In this document: piece after piece, positions 38,151-48,936 of the stretch
Numbering within the stretch: position 1 is the stretch's first letter
Layout: every line of letters begins with the position of its first letter
From: Squalus acanthias
Taxonomy: Eukaryota
NCBI GenBank assembly: GCA_030390025.1
Contig: JASTWF010000180.1
Span: 124,001-188,000 of the forward strand
Reading direction: 5' to 3'
DNA length: 64,000 nt
Notes under the pieces: model-generated
What the model was told of the DNA's origin: nothing
The model's database searches: none
Seen by the model: only the letters and a program-made list of their open reading frames with translations
Translations under genes and position numbers: made by a program

Positions 38151-40249
38151 GTTGTACAACTCATTTTAAATACATGTGCATTGAAACAGAGAGTTTTAAA
38201 ATAGAGAGATTTATTAACCTGACTGTAACTCGGTGGCTCGGACCTCTCCTGAGATAGCAGAGGCTTCCAACTCAAAACCCGCATTCGCCCATTCCAGAGA
38301 CCCTCACCTACTATGTAACAGCTGTCTGCATTCAGACATCGCCTTCCACGTATGGCAGAGTCCAAGGTAAGACGGTCTGTAGCCGGTGGTTTGGCGGGTG
38401 CGGTGATGGACCGTCTTCCATGTGGCAGTGTCCTGAGTGGTACCTACCTGAGCCTGTGTGACACCTCTCCCGCTCGGATCCGGGTCTAAGATTTGCTACC
38501 TGGGTAAAAACGTTCAACCATTGAGTACAGATAGGCACTGAGTTGAGCCACCGTGAGGACCCTTATACCACTGCACAGATACATTGCTCAGATCTTCCTT
38601 TCATTCAGTCACTTCCATTGTCCTTTTTCATCAGTTTCTTTGTTTTATTTTAACCAGCTGTTTATTTTTCTGTTACACGTCCATTCATTTTAGCCTCTGT
38701 TTCAAATGATTTTCACCATCTGTTCGGCTTATTTCACCCCATCTCCCTCATTCCCTATGCTTTCCACAGAGTTCCATCATTCCCATGTCCCCAGGTGACA
38801 CCGTGCAGTCTGTTGTCCGTGTGAATATCCCTAAGATTCAGTCTCTCTGGCCCTGTGTCCATGTGTGTCACTCTACCTCAGTCAGGCTGTGTTTCATCAG
38901 CCCTCCCATTGTCCATTTGTATTACACAGAGCAGTTCCGACCCCTTTGCCCCGCTGCACGGCTTCGGGGGTCATCCCAATGGCGGAATAGTCAGCACAAC
39001 CCTTATTAACCTGTTTCCTATCTGTGACTTTATATTTATAAATACACGTCTGGTTCAATCTCCCTCTGTTGGTTTCTCTCAGTATGACTGTACTCAGTCA
39101 AACCTTTAGTTCTCTCCCTTATTTTGGTGTCTCTCTGCATCACTCACTCTACTCAGACTCACCTTTATCGATCTCCCTCTTCTGGAAAGCTCGCTCAAAG
39201 TGTACACGCAGAGAGATGCCTGATCTATGGAGGTGGTTTCACTCACCTGCACAGTTCCATTGCTCAAATTTGTAACCATGGAGGACAGACAGGCACTGGG
39301 CTGATCCACCGTGGGGGGCTCACTCACCTGCACAAGTACGAATCCTGAGGGTGCAGCGAGAAACGTGTGACCACGGCGCCCTCTGGCGGATATGATGAGA
39401 AATTTTACACTGTTCGGATACTGGGTGAAAACAGACAGTAAGCGCATCTATGGGGACGTTTCCAGCGCCCAATTATGGGGAGATGTTGCGCTGACGCTGA
39501 TGCAGATGGCTAATGTCGAGCTTTGTACATCAACACTTACCGGACAGAAACATTAATCTGATGAATTGGATCTTGCAAATTCACAGCTTCCGCTCGCAGA
39601 TTTGACCCTTTCTCATCTGCACAACAAGCAACAATAACCCACAACCCACATTCACAACAACTGACTTTCATTTCCTTTCAGTTCAACTTGCGACGAATGT
39701 CCGTGATCTTTATGTACATGCTCCAGACAGTAAGAATGTTTTTCCTCCTGCATTTCCCAGTTTCGGTGATTCCTTTCTCCGTGTAGTTGCACTGGGATAA
39801 CGCCGGTGCACACTGGTTCCCCTTGCTCCGGGGGAACAAATAATCGAGGCCCAGACAGGCCGCTGTCCACCTGTTTGTCAGTCATCAACCTTGTTACCTC
39901 TATAAAGACCTTTCACTCATCTACCTGCATTTGTATATACATATATATATTTATATATATACAAAGGTAGATAGATGAGTGAAAGGAGCATTGTACCATA
40001 CAGGTGAGGGAGCCTCCCCACGGTAGACAAGCTCAGTGTCTGTCTGTCCTCCATGGTTAAAGATTTGAGAAATGGAGCTGTGCAGGTGAGTGAATATATA
40101 TGTTATATTTATATTTATGATTAATACAGATAAATATGTATTGACATAAACAGTTTAAAGTCTAATCTACAAGAACCACGTGTCAGAATGTTATGGGTTC
40201 AATTTGTATTGCAGGGATTTGAGCACAAAATCGGGGCAGACCATCCCGG

Positions 40250-40590
40250 CGCCAGTACTGAGGGGGTGCTGCACTCTCAGGGGTGCTATCTTTCGAATGA
40301 GACGTTATACCTCGCGCTATCTGCTCTCTCAGGCAATTTAATAGACCCCACTATTTCGAAAAAGAGCAGAGGAGTTCTCCTCAAATCCTGACCAAAATGT
40401 GTCCCTTAATCGACATCACTAAAGCATATTATCTGGTCATTATGACATTACTGTTTGTGGGAACATGCTGCACGCTAATTGGCTGCCGCGTTTCCTACAT
40501 TACAACAGTGGCTACACTTTAAAAGTACTTAATCGGTTGTTAAACACTTTAGGACGCCGTGAAAGGCCTCTATCAATGTTCTTTCTTTCG
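40250..40590 (+). mobile_element. DeuSINE (SacSINE1-like) fragment
   Basis: CAGTACTGAGGG.GTGCTGCACT...TCTTTCG.ATGAGACGTTA Deu-domain-like sequence, TTGGCTGCCGCGTTTCCTACATTACAACAGTG, and a (TTTC)n tail. Recognised from memory, not aligned. Confidence 0.75.
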
Positions 40591-40803
40591 TTACTCGTGT
40601 AACTGCATTTGTATATTTCTATCATATATTTATTATAACTAAAAGTGTATATATATATTATAATTAACAGCAGGAGATCTAACCATAAATACAGGGACCA
40701 GCTCAGCCTCACTCCTGATCACAATGTTCCCCTGACGCGCTGATATGCTGAGCGATGCTCTGACAGTTTTTGTATAGGTTGAGCCCAGCTCCGTGTCCAT
40801 GTG

Positions 40804-41220
40804 GGTCTCAGTGCACAGTAATACACCGCGGAGTCTGTGAGCGGGACGGTTCGTTTCGAATCATTGATCTTCGCTGATAAACGGTCCCCTGGATATGTCT
40901 CTTGGTGCTCGTTGTATTTATTTCTCTGCAGCAGATAATCTATGGATCCGCTAGGATACTGAAAGTACCAGAATAGCCAAGGATTGATGTGCTTGTAGCT
41001 GTATAATTACAGTGGAACTGAACATCGTCTCCTTCACGTCCTGTGGTTGCAGCTGGTGTCTGGGAAAGGGTGTCGCCTCGACAATATCCTGCAAGAGCCC
41101 AGAGCGATATTAAATTAAACAATGTCACATTACTGTGTCTATCCCCCAGCATCAGCCCGTCACCCTCAAAACTTACCTGAGAAGTAAGTCAAAGTAGCTT
41201 AACAGACATACATTTCCCCA
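40804..41220 (-). pseudogene. Family-G V segment (frameshifts, FR3 deletion, stop in leader)
   Basis: V exon 40804-41088 (GDTLSQTPAATTGREGDDVQFHCNY...DSAVYYCALR). Donor at 41171-41176. RSS CACATGG-23-ACAAAAACT (40765-40803). Confidence 0.85.
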
Positions 41221-41636
41221 CAGCTCAGGGGGTGCAACGCGAAGTGCTTGAATCAATTGAATCAAACTTCCTTCAATAAACTTTGAGCACCTTCCAATGG
41301 GATCAGTTCCTAATCTCCACCTCTTGTGATATGAAAGGAACACACCAAACAACCTGTGGGTTTAAGATGCGTGTGTCTGTCAAAGTCCGTCACGGGGCCC
41401 GGGGGTTGGGACATGTCTTTCGGCCATTACACTGTAATCCCACGTGTATTCTTCCAATTTCTCTTACTGGGAAAGATTGTCGAACTTCCTCTAGCAGTGT
41501 TCCTTGTTGAGGCAAGGTGGAGCAGGATGGTTTTAATAATTTCCGATCAATCTATAGATATTCTTATGTTCAGGCTACTGACCGATTAAACCCAATAAAG
41601 GTGTGAAACACAGTGCTGTGTAACTTGTGAACTTAC

Positions 41637-41688
41637 CAGTTAAGAGAGCGGCAGCTGTGAGGAATAAACGAAAACTAACAGCCAGCAT
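41637..41688 (-). other. Orphan V-type leader exon (MLAVSFRLFLTAAALLT-G|GTAAGT)
   Basis: 52-nt phase-1 exon with a hydrophobic core and consensus donor. CCAAT boxes and a GTGATATCA motif lie 100-180 bp upstream. Confidence 0.7.
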
Positions 41689-42757
41689 GTTTGTAGAGAG
41701 TTGCTGGCGGAATTGAACACAACGCGTTGAAACAGAAATTGCTTTGAGTCAAGAGTTAGGAAGATTTTGAATCATATCCGGCCTCTCTGCTGATTGGTTC
41801 ATTCCTGACAGAGTCAGCAGGTGATATCAAATCAGGTCACGGGTCATTTTTTCTCCAATTCATCCAATCAGCACACAGATCCTTTGTTCGACGATTCATG
41901 AGGTCTGCAAGGGGAGCAGGGAACGGAGTGAAATGACTCCCTCACAACAGAGAACTGGACGGAGATTAAACCCGATGTTGGTCCTTTAACGGGATCAGTC
42001 TGTCAGGTGGGGCCAGTGAAGAAAAATCGTTAATGTTGTTCTGGTATCAGTGCCGGAGGCTCCCATTAAAAGAGTTGCTCACTGACCATTAGAACTACAC
42101 ACAGCCGAATTAAAGGGGCATATTAATGCCAGCGGATCCTTAGCGATTTGAACATAATGATGCGGTAAATCAGACAAGCGCCACCTATTATATGAATGAA
42201 ATGGGGAGTGACTAACAGGTTTCAGCAGAATGGGGGGTCGGTGGTTGAAAAGCGGATGAGCTCGGTGATACTGGGGTGAGTTGCTCTTTCCAAATATTTA
42301 CAACATATTCAAGTTAACAATAATCATAATTCACATTAACTTGATAATTAACCATTAGTAACACAGACTTCCCTGTGAACATAATGCCTGCATTTAAAAA
42401 TGTGTTTATTTGATCCCTTAATTAAATAAATTGGAGAATGTTCCCAGTCTGTAAACCGCCCCGAGACTGAAACCAACAATGAACCCATCCACCTACTGCC
42501 CTCCGGTGGCGATTACATGTAATCGTTATCAAAGTAATTTCAGGGATGGCGCTGAGCTCAAGGTCATGTGGCCGCTTAAAGACACACTCGCGTGATATTT
42601 TCTTTGAAAATAAAGAAATGGCACTTTTGCTAAATAATCATTTGGTATGGTTCTTCACATCTGCCCGCCGTTATATCCGGCTTCAGCTGGCAGAACCTCT
42701 AATGTACAAAGCGGAGGGAGTTTCTGCACGAGTGTTTAATTGTTTTCGATCACTGTG

Positions 42758-43292
42758 ATTCTCAGGGCGCAGTAATAAACTGCAGTGTCGGCCAACTGCA
42801 GACCCGAGATGGTTAAACTGGTGAATTTAGTGGAGCTGTCGAGCTGTGCTGAAAAACGGGTTTGGGCAAAATGTGCTTTATCTTCAGAACCGCTCGCGTA
42901 TTTCATATGAATAAACTCGGGCTGTGTTCCAGGGTGTTGCCGGTACCAGTGTACATCATAGCCGCCGCCCCATGCAGTGTTATAGGTGCAGTTTAAAGTC
43001 ACCGCTTCTCCTTCTGTTTTAACTTCTGAGGAGAGCGGCTGAGTGAAAGAATCTCCAAGACTCAGATCTGAAAATCATGTTCAAACAGGTTTTTAAAATT
43101 CAGATTCAAGCCATGTAGGAAATGAGAGTAAATATAGAACGTGTATTATTCACCATCATCATCATCGCCATCAACTTACCAATAATAACATCTGGGTTGC
43201 AGCAGTCAGGGGGAAAATTGATCTTTACTTGGGAGGAAATACTTACTGAGAAGTGATATGATGATCAGGTGCGGTGCGAGACGGTCCCGCAT
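42758..43292 (-). CDS. TCR alpha/delta-type V segment, family C copy 2 (apparently functional, inverted orientation)
   Basis: Leader 43247-43292 (MRDRLAPHLIIISLL). V exon 42758-43067 is open (LNC..WYRQHP..DTAVYYCALR). RSS CACAGTG(42751-42757)-23-GCAGAAACT. Confidence 0.9.
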
Positions 43293-44570
43293 GATGCTCC
43301 CTGAGTCTGTAGCTCTGCAGTCCGGGAAATCCTCAGTCGGAGCAGAAATCCAGATCCCCGCCCCACTGCACTGCTCATCCAACCAATGCTAAACAGGGAA
43401 CAGCGGCAGCAATCTCTCCAATAACACAGGGCAGGCAAAGCGGGTCAGAGCGAGAGCAGCAAACGGAAGCTGTGGGCGGGGCTGCCGCGGGTAATGATGT
43501 CGCAGGTGTGATCCATCTGTAAGAAACTGTCGCACTGTCCTCACTTTCTCTCACAATGATCCCTTTCTTCTTTCTTTGAAAGAATCCATCCCAATGAGAC
43601 AAAACTCAGCCCTTCTGACCTGCCGCTGGCGGTTTTGCGAGTGTTTTAATCAACACCCTGTCCCAGTGCCTGACTGCAGTGACATCGCAGCGAGTGTCAG
43701 ACAGTTCATGCATTACAACATATCCCGCAACATCAATTTAAATTGAACTGTTGAAGTAGAAAAGGGGAGCAATGGTTAAAAGTGTACAATTTAATGGTAG
43801 GAAAATATCATCTTCACAAATGGAAAGATGTGAATGTATGGAATAAGTTTCCGGATAGAGTGGCGGAGGAACATGCCCTGGTATCGGTTAAGGAAAAGTT
43901 TGAGGCCACATTAGGACTGGGGGGTGGTATCTCTCTGGATCGATGTGACAATACGGCGCGAATGGTTTCCCTCATTCCGATTGATCTTGTGAACTGGAAC
44001 AAGGCAGGAGTTGTACCTTGTAGTTACATGTAGTGGCCACCAGAGGACAGTGGAAGTATGTGTTTACTTGGTTTCAGTGTCGGGGCAAGTCACAGACTGA
44101 AAACGTTGTTCAGTAAATTTATTGAAGAAAAGGCATTAAAGAAACAATTCAGAAAAAAGGCATTGCTTTGAAATTGATCACTGTGTGCTTATGGTTTATT
44201 ACCATTTTTATTGAGATTTATCGATGTTATTATTACTGTTGATATGTTGTAAATATTAGCAAGAAAAGTCCACACTCCATCCTTGTAGGGAAGGAGACGG
44301 GTTCAAACTATCAAGACAGATTTTAGCACTGCTATCCGGAAATTCTTCTTCACACACAGATATTATCAATGTGTGGAAGAAACTTCCAGTTAGAATGGGG
44401 GAGGCAATACATTGGAATCATTAGATGTTACAACGGAAGGCGAGAGGTAGAAACTCTCTGGATAACGGAGCCATCCCGAGAAGAAGCAAGTAGCTCAGCT
44501 CATTTGTCATTAGCTCGTGAATTACAACATTTCGGGAATTGGCGTCACACATTGCACCACGCAATTACCA

Positions 44571-45675
44571 GTGTGAAACTGACCGGCCCGGTGTGAGCTC
44601 AGAGACAGTGTGAGTTGGTGTCAGTGAGAAACACTGAGTGTGAGCGGTCCGGTGTGAGCTCAGAGACAGTGTGAGCTGGTGTTAATGAGAAACACTGAGT
44701 GTGAGCGCCCCGGTGTGAGCTCAGAGACAGTGTGAGTTGGTGTTAGTGAGAAACACTGAGTGCGAGAGGCTCGGTGTGAGCTCAGAGACAGTGTGAGCTG
44801 GTGTTAGTGAGAAACACTGAGTGTGAGCGGCCCGGTGAGAGCTCAGAGACAGTGTGAGCTGGTGTCAGTGAAACACTGAGTGTGAGCGGCCCGGTGTGAG
44901 CTCAGAGACAGTGTGAGCTGGTGTCAGTGAAACACTGAGTGTGAGCGGCCCGGTGAGAGCTCAGAGACAGTGTGAGCTGGTGTAAGTGAAACACTGAGTG
45001 TGAGCGGCCCGGTGAGAGCTCAGAGACAGTGTGAGCTGGTGTAAGTGAAACACTTAGTGTGAGCGGCCCGGTGTGAGCTCAGAGACAGTGTGAGCTGGTG
45101 TCAGTGAAACACTGAGTGTGGTCGGCCTGGTGAGAGTTCAGAGACAATGTGAGTTGGTGTCAGTGAGAAACACTGAGTGTGAGCGCCCCGGTGTGAGCTC
45201 AGAGACAGTGTGAGCTGGTGTTAGTGAGAAACACTGAGTGTGAGCGCCCCGGTGTGAGCTCAGACACAGTGTGAGTTGGTGTTAGTGAGAAACACTGAAT
45301 GTGAGAGGCTCGGTGTGAGCTCAGAGACAGTGTGAGCTGCTGTCAGTGAGAAACACTGAGTGTGAGCGCCCTAGTCTGAGGTCAGAGACAGTGTGAGCTG
45401 GTGTCAGTGTGAAACACTGAGTGTGAGCGGCCCGGTGTGAGTTCAGAGACAGTGCGAGCTGGTGTCAGTAAGAAACACTGAGTGTGGGCGACTGGTGTGA
45501 GTTCAGAGACAGTGCGAGCTGGTGTCAGTGAGAAATACTTAATGTGGGAGGCCGGTGTGAGCTCAGAGAGAGTTTTGCTGGTGTTAGTGATAAAAACTGA
45601 CTGTGGGCGTCCCTGTGTGAGGTCAGAAACAATGTGAGCTGGCGTCACTGAGAAACAGTGAGTGTGGGCCGCCCG
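44571..45675. repeat. 59-61-bp minisatellite (about 18 copies), paralog of 19494-20232
   Basis: Same unit, again directly upstream of a family-D V. Confidence 0.95.
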
Positions 45676-45847
45676 GGCTGGGTAATCCCCGAGACTGAGC
45701 TTGTTTCGTTAATTAGACAGGAAGAAGCCTCTGAGTGAAGCGGGAGTTTGTCTCTTGGTTAATGCTGCTGAATATAATATCGGTGTCCTGGCTCTAACCA
45801 AACCTTCGCGTGCAATATTTTCAGCCTCCTTTTCATCTGATCGGATA

Positions 45848-46181
45848 ATGCTCCGGATTTACAGAGTTTCCCTGCTGATTTACACTCTGATCTGCACGGA
45901 TGTGAGCGGCGAGGATGAGGTGACGCAGCTCCCTCGGCGGGTGGTTGTTAGTGAAGAGAGAAGCGTATCCATCAACTGCACCACTATCGCTGGGTTTACC
46001 GTCCTGCACTGGTACAGACAGAACCCGGATCAGACCCTCCAGCATCTGGTGATGGCCACAAGCGGGGCTGATCAACACGGAAGGATCAGTGCTTCAATTG
46101 GGGGAGGCAACAAACTCACTGCCCTGACAGTGAGAGAAGCGCGAGTGACAGACACCGCCACCGATCTCTGCGTCGTGAGCC
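45848..46181 (+). pseudogene. Family-D intron-less V copy 2 (open frame, RSS spacer collapsed to 8 nt, YLC>DLC)
   Basis: MLRIYRVSLLIYTLICTDVSGEDEVTQ...TATDLCVVS. CACAGTG(46182)-TAACAAAC-ACAGAAACC. Confidence 0.88.
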
Positions 46182-46363
46182 CACAGTGTAACAAACACAG
46201 AAACCTGCTCTGCTGTGTTTGGAAAAACGCGATTGGTAGAAGATAAAGATTTGAAAAAAGTGAGAAATGAAGAGAGTTCTAAAAAATACAGTGGAAAAGA
46301 AAGTGAAAACGAAAGAAAGAATGAGAAAGAGAAGGAGAAAAAGCAGTGTAATAATGAGAGTGT

Positions 46364-46434
46364 CAAGATTACCGAGCTAACGATCGGCAAACCCCTGATC
46401 TCCGACACCGCCGTGTATTTCTGTGCCATGAACC
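46364..46434 (+). pseudogene. Family-E V relic (FR3 end plus RSS only)
   Basis: KITELTIGKPLISDTAVYFCAMN. RSS CACAATG(46435)-24-ACAAAAACC. Confidence 0.85.
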
Positions 46435-46829
46435 CACAATGCCACAGAGATGTCGAGGATCCCGTACAAAAACCCACACTGAGAGTTCCAGTTAGTGCTC
46501 ACCAGAGGGCGCTCTCACACCGCGAAACTGAAGCGATAATTTAGCCTCCACAGTGAGAGGCACAGGGACCTTCTCAAAAGTGCAACAAAACACAAAATTC
46601 AAAAAGTCACCGCTTCCCCCTCTGACTTAATTCCTGAGCACAGCCGCCAAGTGACAGAATCTCCATGACTCAGATCTGAAAAAACATTTTTAACCATGAT
46701 CCATCATTATCATCATCAACAACATCACTTTACCAATAATAACACGTGTTTTTCAGCAGTCAGAGGAGCAATGGAATTTTACTGGGAAAGTAATATTACT
46801 GAGAAGTGATATAATGATGAGGAGCGGAG

Positions 46830-47410
46830 CACCTCCGTTCAGTCCGTAAGGGGGACCCCGAGCTCCCGGTGGCCTGTCACTTTAATTCACCGCTTCACTC
46901 CCACTCTTACCTCACCGTCCTCGGCATATTACACTGTTCCACGGAAGCTCAGCGTAAGCTCGAGGAACAGCACCTCATCTTTCGTTTAGGCACGCTACAG
47001 CCCTCTGGACTCAATATCGAGTTCAACAATTTTAGATCATAACCTCAGCTCCAATCACATTTATATTTTATTTTATCCACCCTTTTAATTGTCCCCCCCC
47101 CACCTTTTTTTTTCCTCCTAGAAGCTGGCAGCTGTCCTTCATTCTGCCAGTGGATTTCACACTTCATTCAGCCTTAATCTGTCACATTAACACCACCTCT
47201 AGCCCTGCATATCTCTTAATGTCTCTTCATCTCCTCCTTTGTTCCTTTATCCCCTCCCCCTTTTCCCAGCTTTACCCTGGCCTTAAATCTATTTGATTTC
47301 CGGCTCTTCCCAGTTCTGATGAAAGGTCATCGACCTGAAACGTTAACTCTCTTTCTCTCTCCACGGATGCTGCCTGGCCTGCTGAGTTTTTCCAGCGTTT
47401 TCTGTTGTTA
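46830..47410 (+). mobile_element. Penelope-like element 3' fragment
   Basis: Homologous to 23800-24400 (PVACHFN, RKLEEQHLIFRLGTLQP.GLN). Confidence 0.85.
47312..47348 (+). ncRNA. Minimal type-I hammerhead ribozyme of a Penelope-like element
   Basis: AGTT-CTGATGA-A-AGGTC(ATC)GACCT-GAAA-CGTT-AACT: core boxes, stem II, palindromic AACGTT for stem III and stem I AGTT/AACT. Confidence 0.75.
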
Positions 47411-47777
47411 CTTCGGGACCTAATACGCGAGAGTACACAGTGCGTAATCTCCCGTATTAGGTCTAATTTTCGGGCCAATATATTGATCCGAAATGGTTCA
47501 AACCATCCTGCTCCACCTTGCCTCAACAATGAACACTGTTTGGGGGAACTCGACAATCTTTCCCAGTAAGAGAAATTGGAAGAGTACAGATCAGATTACA
47601 GTCGAATGGCAGACAGACCTGCCCCGACCCCAGGAGCCCGTGACGGACTTTTACAGACACACGAGTCTTAAACCCACAGGACGATTCATATCACAAGAGG
47701 TGGAACTGATCCCGTTGGAAGGTGCGTATAGTTAATTGAAATAAGTTTTATTCAGTCGATCGGAAAGCCCCTGAGCT

Positions 47778-48218
47778 GTGGGGAAAGCTATTTTTGTTTA
47801 ACTGCCCAGAGTTACTTCGCAGGTAAGTGTTGGGCATGGCGGTCTGATTCTGGGGGGTAAACACAGTGAAGTGACATTGTTTAATGTAATACCGCTCTGG
47901 GCTCTTGCAGGACATTTTCGAGGAGACTCAGTTTCACAAACACCAGCTGCAACCACAGTACGTGAAGGCGACGATGTTCAGTTGCACTGTAATTATGCAG
48001 CTACAAGCACCGTCAAACCTTACCTATTCTGGTACCGCCACTATTCCAACGGCTCCATAGAGCATCGGCTGCATACAGCCACTTACAACGAGAATGGAGG
48101 GAGATTTCCAGGTGACCGTTTATCAGCGAAGCTCAATGATTCGAGCAGACCCGTCCCGCTGAAAGTGCCAGAAACACAACTGACAGACTCCGCCGGTGTA
48201 TTACTGCGCACTGAGACC
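47778..48218 (+). pseudogene. Family-G V segment (no leader ATG; +1 frameshift before YYC)
   Basis: Donor at 47823. V exon 47911-48218 (GDSVSQTPAATTVREGDDVQLHCNY..WYRH). RSS CACAGAG(48219)-23-ACAAAAACT. Confidence 0.87.
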
Positions 48219-48404
48219 CACAGAGACAGAGAGCTGGGCTGGACCTGTACAAAAACTGTCAGAGCGTCGCTCAACTTATCAGCGGGTATGGGGAACATTG
48301 TGATCAGGGGCGAATCTGAGCTGGTCTCTGTATTCGTGGTTATATCTTGCACTTTTACTTCTCATACGTATTTACTTTTATTAATAATAAAATAATAATA
48401 ATCA

Positions 48405-48556
48405 ACCTAACAGCACTGTGGGAGTACCTTCAACACACGCAGTGCATCGGTTCAAGAAGGCGGCTAACCAACACATTCTCGAGGGCAATTAGGGATGGGC
48501 AATAAATGCTGGCCTTGCCAGCGACACCCACATACAATAAAGGAATAAAAAAAAAA
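48405..48556 (+). mobile_element. Short 3' end of the LINE family seen at 11446-12920
   Basis: GGGCAATAAATGCTGGCCTTGCCAGCGAC followed by an A-tail. Confidence 0.8.
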
Positions 48557-48936
48557 TATCTGCATTCCAGGAAATACTCTGTCTGAGCAGAAATACAGCT
48601 CCCCGCCCAATGCACTGCTGATCTAAACAATGCCAAGCAGGGAACAGGGGCAACAATCTCTCCAATAACACAGGGCAGACCAGGCGGGTCAGAGCGAGAG
48701 CAGAAAACGGAAGCTGTGGGCGGGGCTGTCGCAGACTCAAAATTGTGCGAATGCAAGTCTGTGTTTAACGCCAGAAAGTGCGCGGCGCCGCTCAGTTGCA
48801 CTTCGAGCGGAAAGGGGGATGATTAGGTCTCGTGAAATCTCTGGTCAAACTGCTCCTGTTCACTGAGCAAGTGACTGGGAATAAATAGAGGTGGAGGGAC
48901 ATGAAGAGATTCCACAGCAACATAAATAATGACCGG

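Noticed and set aside
39680-39870. TCR constant-region exon
   Set aside because: Only a short AACLxxDY resemblance. Conserved Trp/Cys spacing and frame continuity are missing, so it is not called as a feature.
41608-41640. Isolated CACAGTG heptamers (about 41609 and 47862)
   Set aside because: No nonamer at 12 or 23 nt.
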